Shown here in pieces: positions 39,701 through 54,700 of a stretch of 64,000 bases of DNA. The DNA comes from Negaprion brevirostris (lineage: Eukaryota): assembly GCA_030324005.1 (NCBI GenBank), contig JARDVH010000140.1:20330282-20394281 (forward strand). Direction: 5' to 3'. The notes under the pieces are model-generated. The model was not told the origin of the DNA and made no database searches. It saw only the letters and a program-made list of their open reading frames with translations. The number at the start of each line of letters is the position of its first letter. Position 1 is the first letter of the stretch. Position numbers and translations under genes: made by a program.

Positions 39701-42700
39701 GTCATTGGAACATTTAATCTGGGTTTGATTGCACTGCTAGTCCTGTCCACAGGATAAATAATGACTAATCTAATCTGGTTCAAACTGTGAGAATCAAAGG
39801 TCAAAAATTGACCTTGCCATACTTGTGACATGACATTTCATTCTTACGAGTGTGATCCTCAGTTAGCTGAAGTAGTAACCTTTGGGTCATTAAGCTCAAT
39901 TTGTTTGAAGAGATCACAGAGGGGCTCTGGAAATGTTTCAGTAATAAATGTAAACTTTATATCTTTATATTAATATAAGAAAACAAAAGGCAAACAGTGC
40001 TTTTTCAAAACAAAAGGGGGAAGGTGTGATTGGCCAAACAAATTTTTGAAAAGTTCAGTTTTATTGTCTGAAACATATAGTTAATGTCTTTGCGAGGATA
40101 TTACAAGGAAAGCTACTTTGATCCAGAATTATTTTGGTGTCATAGTGATACTAAATGAGGGAAGCTGGAATTTTCAAGAGTTTCCATCAAATAATTTCTT
40201 TTAAAATCATATTTTATTTGCCTGAATTTCACAGACTTTTATGTCTTGTAATTTAACCAGGTGAATTGTATTTTAACAGAACCCTGTCTATGAATGATTG
40301 ATTCTGTCTGTCTGTCCATCCCCCTTTCTCTCTCTCTGTCTGTCTGTCCATCCCCCTTTCTCTCTCTCTCTCTCTCTCTGTCTGTCTGTCCATNNNNNNN
40401 NNNNNNNNNNNNNNNNNNNNNNNNNNNNNNNNNNNNNNNNNNNNNNNNNNNNNNNNNNNNNNNNNNNNNNNNNNNNNNNNNNNNNNNNNNNNNCCCCCCC
40501 CCCCCCACTCTCCCTACCAATGTTCTCTTATTCTGATGGTCTGCAGATTCTGTTTAAACAGTGCTGACCTGTAACTTGAGTCTCCCAAAAGCAGTTTTTC
40601 CACTAATTACATGCTGCTGTTAATTACCAACGTGTATATATATATGTCAGGGGTATAAGTCATTCAGGTGCTCGAGTGACTTCTCTTTGAAAAAAAATTA
40701 GGAACCGGTAATTCTTCTCTGTCTCTCCTTTCTTCCCCCACTTCTGAAAACCAACAAAGTATATTTAGAATCCTTGACCAGTGCCTGCCACTTAATTGAC
40801 TTACATTTGGCCCCAATTCTCAGCTCACCAAATTTTAGAATTCTTGTGTTTAAATCACTACATCAGTAACTCTCTGTAATCATTACAATCTTGCCTCCTG
40901 AATATTCCATTGCTCTGACTCCAGTCAATCTGTCCTCGTTTTACTTTAGCCCATTGTAACGTACAATTTACCTCATAATTTTTACTTCAGCTACTTGGGT
41001 TCCCATCTCTGGAGTTCCTTCCCTCGGTCTCCAACATTCACTATTAAAAATATTGCTTGACTGAGTTTCTGATAAATCCTCCTTCATTTAGCTTAATGTC
41101 CATTTTCCTCACTCATTTGAAAAGAATTATTTATTAAAACTTAATTAAATTCGAAAAAGCCTTTGGATATTTTTCTACATTCGGAGCAATATAACTGCAA
41201 ATTATTGTTAATTGTATAAATTAAAATATTGTTTTCTGTTTTTAAAAAAGCGGGGGGAAATACTTTGTACAATTAACAATCCGGTCCAATTTGCCAAAAC
41301 ATTCAACTTGTCAAATGACAGGACCAAAACTCTTGGAAATATAGAATTGGAAGAATCTGACTGGAAATGCACATCAAGCAAAACACTTCTGTTGAATTTT
41401 TCTGTCTTGACATGAACTGTTAATCACTCTATCCTTTTCAGATGTCAATCAACCTGTTGTTTGTTTCATCATTATGTACTGTTACATTTAAGAACCCTTA
41501 ACTAATAACATATCTTTAGGAATAAAAATGGAAACTAATGGAACTGCAGAACAGTTAGCTTCTGTAAAATGAGATGAGTTATGACAGTTCGATGTGTACC
41601 AAGTGTTTGATTTGCAAACTTGTGTATAAAACATGCAGAAATTGTCACTATAGCTACAAAATACCNNNNNNNNNNNNNNNNNNNNNNNNNNNNNNNNNNN
41701 NNNNNNNNNNNNNNNNNNNNNNNNNNNNNNNNNNNNNNNNNNNNNNNNNNNNNNNNNNNNNNNNNCAAAATACCATTGCTTTCTGGCAACACTGATGTAT
41801 ATCTTCCCAGATCTTATTTGTATAGTTGTTACTATTTTCAGTTCTTCATTTTGGACTCCATAGTTGTAAATACGCTTTTTCTTCTCGCTCCTTTTAAGTT
41901 GGCTCCTCTCTGCCTATTCCATCCCTTGTACGTAACCTTTACATAACAGTAGTATAGTCGATGTGTTTTAAGCTGCATTTTGGCCCTTTAAAATTGAAGA
42001 ACAAAATAATTTTGCCAAACAATGGTGTCTTGTAGGAATAATCTTTGTGAACATGGTAGAATTGTATTGTTTAAAGAGTCACTGTACATTAACTTGACTA
42101 ATTATGTCCCGGACTTTGTAGATTAACTGTTCAAAAGTTCTGTTTCGCTGCTAGTTTTACTTACCATGTTGTTGTTTACTTATAATTGTTTTGCAATAAA
42201 TTTGTGGTTGGAAAAGAACTTTTTTTTGGAACCTGGAAAGTTGTCCTCCTTTTGTAAGGATCTGCAGCTGTGACACAGTCAATCTGATTCACATTTCTTA
42301 CCACAGCATCTCTGTTCCCTTCCCTTTCCCTTCCTCCTGAGCAGTGGTACAATAATAGTTTAATTCTGGACAAAAATTGAATGTCTTTTCTGTTGGACTG
42401 AGTGAGCCACTGTTGGCCGACCCTGGATAATCAAGGTGTTCAACTGAAATTCTCCTGGCAGTTGTTTTTTGTCCATGTGACACTTCTCAGACTCCGAAGG
42501 ATTTTTTCAGCTAGTATTTCTAAGGAGATAAAGAAACTAAAATTGTCTGGGATACACATACATGCCTGTTCTTCTGCCCTTTCCTTTAATCTTGTAATTA
42601 AGTTTTTGTACAGAATTGAGTTTGGATAGAATTTCACTGCTGTGCTGTGTTGTGTTAAAAGCAGGACAGAGACAGTTCACGTGAATCATTTCTGGGATGA

Positions 42701-45700
42701 AGAGCTTATCCTATGAAGAAAGGTTAACCAAGTTGGGCTTGTACCTGTTGGAGTTTAGAAAAATGAGAGGTGATCTTATTGAAATACAGAAGGTCCTGAT
42801 GGCACTTGATAAGGTAGACACTGAGAGGTTGTTTCCACTTGTAGGAGAGACTAAAACTTGTAAACAAAGTTTAAGAATAAGATGGAGATGAGAATTTGTT
42901 TTTCCCATTGGGTCATTAGTTTGTGGGGCTGTGTTATTGAATTTATTCAAGACACGGTTAAACCAATCGTTGATAGACTGGGAGTCTAGGGTTATGGAGG
43001 GGCAGACCAGAAATTGGAATGGAGACCACCACCAGATCAGCCTTGATTTTATTGAAAAGAATAGCACGCTCAAAAAAGGCCTGTGTTCCTATGAATGAAT
43101 TCTCATTATTCTAAATGAAAATCCATACTAACCATTTCATCAACTAGAAATGTGAAGTGTGTTGCCTTTTCCCTGTGAATATAGCGAGCCAACAAAGTGT
43201 TTAGGAAAAGTCGCCTCTTGGAAGTAAAATATTTGAATGTAAAAACACAACAATTTGATATCTTGAAAGTTTTTAAAAACTTGTAGCAAATTATAATTAG
43301 CTGCATGCTGATTTGCAATGTTACAACATAGTAAATTAGTGAAAATGTACTAATAAAACACCAACTGTTTTCTTGGATCATTCATACTCCCAATTGTGGC
43401 ACAGTAGTCCACACCTGCTTTGCTAAGCAAAGATGAATTAATTAGTAATTGAAAAAAAATTCAGCGTGGAGATATTTTTTTTGATTTCAATTCTAGTTGG
43501 TAGATAACTCAAATGAATCAACTTTTAACAGGAAAGCAGACTATTTGTAATTCATGCCAGACCAACTGTTGTTTTGTAGTTGTGTTTTAAAGCTACTGTG
43601 CAACCATTGCTTTTGGGTGATAGTTTTTCTCTAGCAGATCAGTGACCAATGTCAAGCTTAGATCCTCTCTTGTTGGAGATGATCGTTGCATGCCACTTGT
43701 GTGGGGCGCATTTACTTGCCACTTGTCAGTCCAAGCCTATATATTGTCTAGGTATTACTGCATTTGGACATGAACTGCTTCAGTATCTGAGGAGTCGCAA
43801 ATGGTGCTGTGCATTGTGCAGTCATTTGCAAACATCCCCCACCGAACCTGAAGGAAGGGAGGTCGTTACTGAAGCAGGTGAAGATGGTTGGGCCCGGGAC
43901 ACCGGTTTCAGGAACACATGCAGTGATGTCCTGGGGCTGAGGTGATTGGCCTTCGACCACCACAATCATCATCTTTTGTGTCAGGTATGACTCCAGTGGA
44001 GAGTTTTCCCTCTGATTCCCATTGACTCGTTGTTCAGGGCAATCGCTCTGACCTCTGGCATTCAGCTTTTTTTGTCCACGTTTGAACCAAGGGTATAATG
44101 AGGTCAGGAGCTAGATGACCCTGGTGGAATCCAAACTAAGTGTCTATCAGCAGCTTTTTGCTTAGAAACTTGTAGCATGACTGTCCTTCACCAAATGACT
44201 GCTCCTTGAGCAGGTGTTATTAAATGCAGAAGTATTTTTGCCACTATATCACCAGAAAAACAGAGGCTCCGCTAAATTTTCTTGAGTAAATGAAAGACCA
44301 GGTGAGGTGATCAGCAGCAAGTTAGCACATTTGATTCCCACTTTGCTGTAACTTTCATGGTTTCCGTATTTTTTTATAGACAAAGGATTGTTAAACTCGA
44401 CCATGGTTTTCATGCTTGATTGCTATGCAATGAGCTGTTTCTAGAAAGCGTATATATGTGGTGTTTTATGTTGGGCACAAGTATGATCTTACCTGTGAAT
44501 ACTGTAATCCATCTGTGTTCACTGTCGACAGTCACGTAAAAACAGTGGTCACTTCGGAAAGTAGTGTAGGCTCTCTGATCATGAAACATGAGTTGACATC
44601 TTTGGGAGATGAATAAAGGGGAAAAAATAGATTGTTTTGCCAGCAGTTCTGGGATGCCGCCTCACATGGTTGGAATGTGTAAAGGAAATTTTGAACTGTG
44701 CAAATGCTCTTTCTGAGACTGCACCTAGTGTAGAATTTAATCAAGTTTGCATTTTTCTTGAATATGTAACAGGTGATGAAGTAATTCAGTTGCTCACTAA
44801 GATGCAGGTATAAACCTGATGGGGCAGTGAATTATTTTGTGGCGCATAATTTAAAGACAAATTTTGGATTAGTAACAGTATCACACACCCTAGTATATTA
44901 AATATCTGGCACATGGTCGTCAATAGCAAGCAGATTAACATACTCTATTGATCTTTCTCCTCTGGGACAGAGAGCACACTGGACATTTTAAGTACTTCTC
45001 TGATGTTTTAAATTGATGATCAGAATTTGTGGCTTTCATTCTGATCAATTAACTTTAATTTTTAATGACAATGCCAGTTTAGTTGAAATCCGGAAAGATT
45101 AAAGTTAAACTTGGTAACTGTAGTCTCAACGGATACTGGCTTAATATATGCATTAGCAATGTGCCATATCTGAAAGAACCTCATTTGCTCAAACTCCCTC
45201 TATGACAGACATATTATTTCTTGTGTAAGGAGACCAAAACTGCGCACACGTATGGTTTCATCAATGCCCTATACAATTGCAGTAAGACATTCTTGCTCCA
45301 GTACTTAATTCCTCTTGCAATGATGGCTGCATACTATTTGCTTTCCCAACTGTTTACTTGATTTCATGACTGGTGTACGAGGGCACTCAGATCATCAACT
45401 TTCCCCAATCTATCACATTGAAATAAGACTCTGCCATTCTATTTTTCCCGTCTAAGTGGATAACTTCACACTCGTTATTCTGCATCTGTCGTATTTCATT
45501 GAGTCACAGCATCCCTGTAGTGCAGGAGGAGGTAGCTTGGCCCATCGGGTCTGCAACGACAACAGTCCCACCTAGACCCTGTCCCTGTAACGCCACTAAT
45601 CGATGCATCCTGAGATATCAAGGGGCAATTTAGCATGGCGAATGCACCTAACCTGCACGTTGTTGGACTGGGGGAGAAAACCGGAGCACTGGGAGGAAAC

Positions 45701-48700
45701 CCACACAGACACGGGGAGAACATGCAAACTCGGCATCAACAATGACCCAAGCCACGAATCAAACCTAAGTCCCTGGAGTTGGGAGGCCACAGTGCTGATC
45801 ACTGTGCTGCCAAAGTTAACTTCTCTAAGTTGCCTTGAAGCCGCTTTAGTCACTCATTTCTCTCAATTCTACCTTGTGGGATGGCGTTCCATCTCCNNNN
45901 NNNNNNNNNNNNNNNNNNNNNNNNNNNGAATTTGACAGGTTTTTGCCTTTTTACCATTACGCAGGCCAGTTAGCATAACACTTTCATGCGTGTGAACATT
46001 TAATTATGCTGGAGTGGTTCTTGTTGAACCTTAAGGATCATCCTCTAACACTTTTTTTTGTTAAAAGATGTAACTTGGATCTTTCTTGACTCAACATTAA
46101 CTATGGTTCTCTCCTAATGGATGCTGGCAGACTTCCTGGGGCTGTTTCCATCCAGCTTCTTTGGTCTTGTTTCAGATTCCAACATCTGCCATATTCTTGC
46201 TTACTCCTACCTTCTTGATTGTTAACTTCATCCTCTTGACATTCAGGAGACAGTGGCATAGTGGTAATCTCACTGGATTAGACCCAGAGTAATGCTTTGG
46301 GGACCCGGGTTTGAATCCAATAAAAAAATCTGAAATTAAAAATTTAACGATGACCAGAAAACATGGTCAATTGTTGTTTTTAAGAGGGAAAGAAATCTGC
46401 CACCCTCACCTAATCTGGCCTATATGTGACTCCAGGTCCATAGTAGCAGATTTTTAAGTGTCCTCAGAACTGGACATTTTCAGTTCAAGGGCAATTTGGG
46501 ATGCCCACATCCCATGATCAAATAAAACAAAGTAAATTTCTGCTGAATTGATGTCAAGTTCAGATTCTGTTTGTGAGACATGCTTTTTAAAAATAAGGTA
46601 AACCTAACTGGATTTGTTTTCACAAGCCCTTAAGGATACTGAAGATTGTTTTAGTCCCCTTGTTAACTGCTTTAGCAACAAAATAAAGATAATATGACTG
46701 AATAGTGAGGTGACAGTGAAGGTGTGCACACCAGTGTTTGAATTTCAAAGAATGCCATTGCAAAAGTTTTGTTTTTTGGCAATTGTACATTTGCTGACAA
46801 GGAAATGCAAAACTTCTGGTGATGCTTTTGAATAAGTTTTCACTCCATTCAATTTTATTGTAGGGCTTTTGAATTTTGGGTCAGTTTGTCTTTCTAATAC
46901 CTTCTTCATCTTCTGTGTAATGAAGAGCTTTGCCCAATTCAATTCCTATTTTCGGGTTTAACTGCGAACGTAATGTTTGAGATTTCAGTCTGATTTCTGA
47001 AGTAACTTCAGTTGTGTTTTGAATCGTACAAGGACCAAATTCTGTCTGAGCAGCCTGTTGATATGCTTTCATTCTTTTGCCACAGTCAAAAAACAGAGGT
47101 TGTTTTGTTAGTTTCATACTTAATTGGTCATCTTGAAGCTTTATTTCTTAGTATAGTTTTAAAATTCTTTTTGCCTCTTCCCATGAATCAACTGTTTTCT
47201 CCTTTGAATTTAACCACAAAGTGCTTGTGGTACTTTCTTCCCCACTTTTCTCTTTGGTCCTGCACGTCATTCTCAGTCAAGACTGCTTTGCCAACCCAGT
47301 TCTCTGGATGTAGTGTGTTGTGAATTAACCTGATGTGCCTTTTTATTGGAAGTTTTACTTTTTTAATAAATGTTGGTGCTATCTCAGTAAATTAGAGAAC
47401 ACTGTACAATGAGATAAGTTAATTTTATTGCTTAAACTGTCACAACAATGTTTGCCTTCTCCTTTTTTCAAAACCAGACACATGGGATGCAAACAGATGA
47501 ATTAGGAGCAGGTCACTTGTTCCCTCAAGCCTGCTCCGCCATTCAATAAGATCATGGCTGATCAAATTTTAACTTCAATTTCACATTCTTGCCTATCCCC
47601 AATAAGCTTTCACCCTTTTGTAGAATCATAGAGACCTACAGCGCAGAAGGAGTCTTTTCGGTCCATCGAGCCTGCGCCCAACAACAATTCCACCCAGATC
47701 CTTTCCCTGTTCCTTCACTTAATTACCCTGCTAGTATCCCTGATACCAAAGGACAATTTAGCATGACCAATTAATCTAACCTGCACATCTTTGGACTCTA
47801 GGAGGAAACTGGAGCACCCAGAGGAAGCTCACGCAGATAGAGGGAGAACTTTTTGTTTATCACAAATGTATCTGCTCCTACTTAAAGATATTCAAAAATT
47901 CTGCCTCAACCAACTTTTGAGGAAGAGAATCACAGTCTCACAACCTCAGGCAACCCCTTAAAATGGATTAGTTCCAGATTTTCCCACAAGATGAACCGTC
48001 CATTCCAAATCCACCTTGTCAAGTCCCTGAGAATCTGGTTTCCATCAAGTTGATCTTACTCTTCTAAACACCGATGGATACAAGCCTGTCCAGCCTTCCT
48101 CGCAAGATAACCTGCCCGTTCTAGGTATTAATCTGCTAAACTCTCTCTGAACTGATTCAAGTGCATTTAAATTTTGAGTAGGCCAGATGTGATCAACAAT
48201 GTTATGTATGTTTGAAGAATAACTTCCCAATAAACAGCATTCTATTATTTTCTGCATGTACAAGCTCACTTTTTACAAATCGGGTCTACACTCTTAACCA
48301 TTTAGATAGCGTGCTTTTTTTCCTTATCCTGCCCAATTGGACAACTTCACATTTAACTACGTTTTATACCCACTCACCTCACCCATCTATATCTTTTTGT
48401 AGTTACGTCATCTTCAGAACTTATTTTCCCCTCTATCCTTGTTGCAGATCTAGCAACCGATCTATCAGTTCCTTCATCCAAATCATGAACTAAGAAATTA
48501 AGGCCTAAACACTAATCCCTGTGGCACACCATTTGTCACATCATGCCAACCAGAAAATGACCTTTATGCCTGCTGTTTTTCCTGTCAGCTAGCCATATGT
48601 TACCCCTGCACCACGAGCTTTTATTATGAGCAATAACCTGAGATAGCTTATCAAATGCCTCTTGAAAATGAAATCTATATTCAGAACATCCATCAGTTCC

Positions 48701-51700
48701 CCATTATCCACAACATATATTGCTACTTCAAAAAATTGGTGATGGTGATTTCCCTTTCACAAAACCATGTTGACCCTGCCTGATTACCCTAAACTAATTC
48801 AAGTGCCCTGTTACAACCTCTCCATTCATAACTTCCCTATTTTCCCTATGGCCGTTATTAAACTTGCTGGCCTATGGTTTTCTGTTTTCTGTTTCCCTCC
48901 CTTTTTGAATAATAGTTTTCATTGTTGATTACGATCCAATAAGTTGTCCCCAAAAAGGTGTATATGATGGGTTCAAGTGTGATATTATGGTGAAATACTG
49001 TCATCCATCTGCGTTCACTGTCTAGAGTCACACAAAAGCAGTGGTCAATTTAGAAATCAGTGTAGGTCTTCTGATTGTGAAACATAAGCTGACACCTCTG
49101 GGAGATGAATAAAGGGAGAAAAAAATAACTGGCCAGTTTTTTGTGTGAGCACTTCTGGCGTGTAGCCTCACCTGGTGAGAATGCATGGAAGGAATATTGG
49201 AATGTGCAAATGCACTTGTAGGTTTGAACAAATACTCTAGGACATGTACCCATAATCTGTGTTCATACTTAAGTATAGACTGAGGTTTGAGGGGTACTGC
49301 ATGTCTAATAGCATCAGTGACTTCTGTTTCTTATAATATTTAGAAACATTCTTGTTTTTACGAATGTCTCTTCCAAAAAAAAGCAGAACATTTAATAGGG
49401 ATCTTATCTGCTTGGTTGTGGTGGGTGTTCAAGCTCTCATGAGATTATTTAAAGAGAAATGGGGAGTTCTGTTGCCTTGGACAATCTTGCACAATATCAA
49501 AAAGTAGATTAATTTGTCATTCACTTTTTTGCTATTTATTGGATTTTGTGTACAAAAAAGTCATTGTATTTGCCTGCATAATAATCTCAGGCTGCCCCCT
49601 TGGGTGGATGGAAAAAGTTCCTTGCCATTATTTTAACGAAGAGAGATTTTCCCCCAGAGTCCTGGCCAGCATTTATTATTCTGCCATCGTCACTCAACCA
49701 GACTATTTGATGGTTATCACCTTCCTGCTTTTAAGAACTTGCATGCAAATTGACTACCAGCATTACAATAGTAACTACACTTAAAAGTATTTGAGGGCAG
49801 CCTAAGGCCACGAGAGGTGATATGCAGGTGCAAGTCTTCATTCTATGTAATTGACGTGACCAGTGCTTTTGGACTTGCTAGCAAAATGTGTTGTTGCTTT
49901 TTAAATCAAGTCAGCATTGGTCCAGGATCTTGAATCTAGCAAATGCAAAACAGAAAAATTGGCATACCGATCTTTCTATTTTGCCATCGCACTGCTGAGA
50001 ACAGGCAGAAATTGCCCAAAAAGCTGATTGCTGTTCCATGTAATTATCAAACGATGTCTTAAGGAACAACATTCTAATCACCCCAACTTGTCTCAGACAT
50101 GTTCCATTGAAGAACCAAACCTTTAAATTGTCCCCCATTGCGGTGAGGGGACCTGCACTTATTTTAAGTTGACATTTGTTCAAAACTTGTTGTTTACTCC
50201 TCAAGAATTGATCTCGGTGCTCAGCTTTTGCCTACTTGAACACAAATAATGCCAGACCCATCACCTTCCAATCTCCAAACTTTGAGGAGGGAAAGGCTAA
50301 GTATTCACCTTGGTTCAGCATCTAGTCCAGTCTGATAAGAAACTTGAATGACTCACCATCAGCATTATCTTGGATTTTTGAAATGTGGGTACTTGGTCAG
50401 CTTGCACCATCTTGGAAGGGACATAGTTTCCCATTATGCAAAACCTTGAAAAGTTAAGCTGTTTTGCAAGCAGGAGTGAAGTGGCATACATAACTTGGTG
50501 TTTGTTAAATAATAACACCAAGTTTAATTACTGCATCATGTTAGCAGTCGTGCAGGGTTTTGCTTCCTGATCCTGCTGTTTGTCTATAACTGTAATTCCA
50601 GGCATTTGTGTTGAATATTGAATCGTACAGTCCTTTCCAGGACATCAAATTAAGGTAACGGAAAATGCTTAAATTCCTATGCATAGAATTAACCCCAGGA
50701 ACAAGATCCTGGTGTGTTAAAAGACTGAATCCATATCCTATTTGTAACAGAAAAAAAATCAATTCCTCTCTTGTTAAATCTCCCAGTGTTCCTCCTCCGC
50801 CTCCTCCTCCTCCGCCTCCGGCCNNNNNNNNNNNNNNNNNNNNNNNNNNNNNNNNNNNNNNNNNNNNNNNNNNNNNNNNNNNNNNNNNNNNNNNNNNNNN
50901 NNNNNNNNNNNNNNNNNNNNNNNCCAAATGCCTTGAGACAAATAATCACAATCCGGTTCTACCTTGGAAGTTGTATAACCCAAAAAGGACACAGTAAACA
51001 AGCTATTATCTGGCGTAGAGAACATAACCCTGGCCAGATGCATCAAAGGAATAGGACAACGGGATAATTTCAGTGTGATAAGGAGCAATTTCAAGACCGT
51101 GAACAGGAAGTATATTTTCATGGAAAAACATGATCATCAGCTGAAATGTGGTGCTTGGAAGAGCATTTTAGTCTAGGACTGTTCAAGAATAGCTGGATAA
51201 TATAACCATATGACAGCAGGATCAATATCCTGGAAAAATGAAATCAAGTGGAGTAAAGAGTCATCTTCATCCAAGCCTTGTGATCAATTCTGTCTTTTTT
51301 AAAGAGCTGCTATTACATTCCAAAGGCATTTTATCATTAGCTTTATGGGGCTTTCTCCAGGTGACTAAATAATGCATGGAGGTAAAAGGCAGAAGTACAC
51401 TTTGGGGAAATTCTCCAACTATTGGAGCAGAAGAGTTGAGTACTGATAATTATTCAGTACTTGGCAGGCACGGTAAAATTTGGTGGTGTAACTGTTGAAC
51501 ATAGGTGCATATCGTGTGTGTGAACTGTAAGAGATGCCCAATATTAGAAAATGGAATACATTCATATCTACCACTTAATTGGCTGATATCAGAATTTTAG
51601 TGCCATACCCCACACTGTATAGGAATCCTTTAATTCATTTACTTGAGGATAACATTTTAGTAATGGGACAGCAATCTGTCATTTTTGTTTTAACAAGGTA

Positions 51701-54700
51701 GCACGGTGGCATCTAGATTGCTTCATTTAATATGAATATTGTATGGACCTATGAAGGCACATATTCCTCATCTTGCTTATCTCTGGGGTCAATCACATGA
51801 AAGAAAGTCAACAGGCTATCATGTATGCCAAAACATGAAGTTGTTTGAGTTTCCATTTATTGAAATAAATAGATAAAATGTTGAGAAGGCTTTCTAATGT
51901 GTACAATTCTTGCCATCCAATTTTCTTTTGTGCACACTACCCATGCAACCCTCTCCCTTGGTGTATGGAAGAGAAAATCTGTTCTTATTTTCATTTTCTC
52001 CTTTTTCCCTTCATGGTTTATCTGTAAGTTAAAATTTTATAGGTTGCTATCTAAGTTTAGATGAACTGCATTTGTCCAGTTTTCTGCCTTTCATGTTTCT
52101 GCTTATACCTAAAGAGATGGCATTACAATGTGATATTATTGCTTCCTAGGAGTTGTAGAGTGGCTCCCCTTGTCCAGTGTGATTACTGCCCATTATTGTT
52201 TCACATGGACTGCCTGGAACCACCTCTAACTGCAATGCCAACAGGGAGATGGATGTGCCCCAATCACATCGAACATGTGGTAGTAAGCAATTTTACATTC
52301 CTGTCAAATATCCAAATCTTCTTTAGTTTTGTATTTTATGACGAATTGAGAGTGATTATCATTTGTGCTATGTACTTTTAAATTACTGTATTGTTTGTGT
52401 AGGCAATACACATGTTTGCTCATGCCTGAGAAAGGAATACCTAAATAATTTACAAGCAGGTTTGAGGACAGGTATTGATGCTTATTAATCTTTTTTAAAA
52501 ATATGTTGGAAGCACTTCCAGTATATATATTTTTCAAGGCTTGGATATCCTTCCTTGGAGAAATGTATTCTCATTTTCGATCTTCATCTCATCCTCCTAA
52601 ATTAGAGGCATTGCATAAAGTGACTCTAGGGTATTTCATAAGAATCAGGAGCACTTTCAAAAAGAAACCTAGAAATTGGCCTTTTGAGTAACAAAAGTAG
52701 CTTGTCCTGTCTTTTCCAAGTTCAGATACATTAAAATCAGCGTCCATGATAGCACGAGCATGCACTTTTAAATTTCCTTGGGTTGGTTTTGCAAAAGATT
52801 CTTTGTGTTTTTGCAAATCTGATATTTTATTTTGGGCCAGCTGCCATTGCTGTCTTGAACTGATCATAGAGGCATGGGAGGGTGTGAGTCAGGCATCACC
52901 TTTTACTCTGATTTATTCAGCCTCCACTAGCACCATTGCACCATCAATAAAACAAAATTCAACAAGGATTAAAAATGTATCCCAAATTGACAACACAATG
53001 TATTGTCTCTTCCTGAAACTGGAGGTGTTTTCCCATCCAGTGAGTAGTGTTTATGAATTAATGCACCAGAGCAAGTTTCAGTTCACAATCTAGGACCAGA
53101 ATTCTAGCCTCTTCTAAATTCAGACCTAACCTGCAGGTTGGGTTCTCCGGCCCTGCTGCAACGAGCGGAGATTTGACTGAGCACCGAATTCTCCATTCTT
53201 GCTGGCAGGGCATACAAGACCGGAGAATTCCGCCTTGACTTCCTTATATTTTAAAAGTAAAGAACTAATGAAGTTGATAGAAGATATGAATTTATGCCAT
53301 GTATTCCTTAACATGTCTGAACAGTGGTTTTTAATTTTCTTATCTACTGAAAACATAGTTCTAGTTGTGGTTGTTGTGATAATGCTCTCTGATGCATGCA
53401 CTTCATGTGTTTAACTTAGAAATGAGAAATGCAATTGAAGTGAATTATTTAATTGTCTGAGCCAAATACAATCTTGTTAAATTTAATTTCCATTCAGCTT
53501 AATCAGAAGAACATGACGTTAAGCAATAGGTGCAGGATATTTGACAAGTTTCAAGACCGTATATCACAGCACGCAGTCAAGATAGACTTTCTAAACAAGA
53601 NNNNNNNNNNAGCATCCACCCAATCGCCGACATACAAAGCCAGTGAAGAGGAAAAACACGAAAGTAAGTGTTACTCTGATGTAGACTTCTTGTGCTGTAC
53701 TGTGCAATTTTGCATAGGAAAATTAAACAATCTACTTGAAGTGCTGTATTGCTGTCCAGTTAGATTGAATTACCTTGTGTTCATAAAAAGAATGAGGTTC
53801 TGAGGTCAGCTGTTTTTTTGTCAGTGTGGGAGGTTTTCTAAAATTTCAGCACTATTGATGCCACCTGAAAATGTCAGTGACTAAGCGCATTATACAATCC
53901 ATGAATATGTGAAGAATGTTTTTTTCTAAATACATACTTGAAGTACCAGTGGCTGCAGAGGAATATATGTATGTTTTGAGCTCTGAATATTTAATATTCC
54001 TTTCCATCTCATCCCGAATGGGATCAGCACTGACCAGAAATTTACCGGAACCTTCTATTCTGAGAGATATCATTGCAGAACCGTCTGGGAGCAAAATATT
54101 AAAATTTTAACAGATTTGTAAAGAATGCATCAGTGAATTCATGGTGCAATTTGATAGCATTCTGTATGGTTTCATTTTTACAGACTTATTTAAGACAAAC
54201 AACTCTTAAAACTCCTTGTGTAGCCTTCCTAGTTTGAAGCATGATCTACACTATACTTTTGATGTGTGTGTGTGTGGACATGGACATATTTTCTTGGTTA
54301 CCTCCATTCAGTTTCCACATTGCCTGATGAGTGCTAGAAATGGGTTCAATGGGAACTAGCTATTTTATTTTAGTCTACCCAAAACACAGTAAAGAAAGGA
54401 AACGTTCAGATTAAACGTTCGTTGTTCATGCTCCTCCCATTTAATTTAGTTTGTATTAAGATGCTGTAGCACTGTTTGCAATTAATATTATACGCCTGCT
54501 CAATGTTAGGAACCTTTTGAAAGATGAGCTAATATTTTGGTGTTAATATAAATAGGTTTAGCTATTTATTGTCACTTTTTTATTCATTTCCAGCAGGATA
54601 GTGCAGATGATTAATATCTGCTGTAACTAGAAACATAAGTGCTGGATTCTTGAGTATTATTATATCCTTTTAAGGATCCTAACATTTGCAGAGGAACTAA

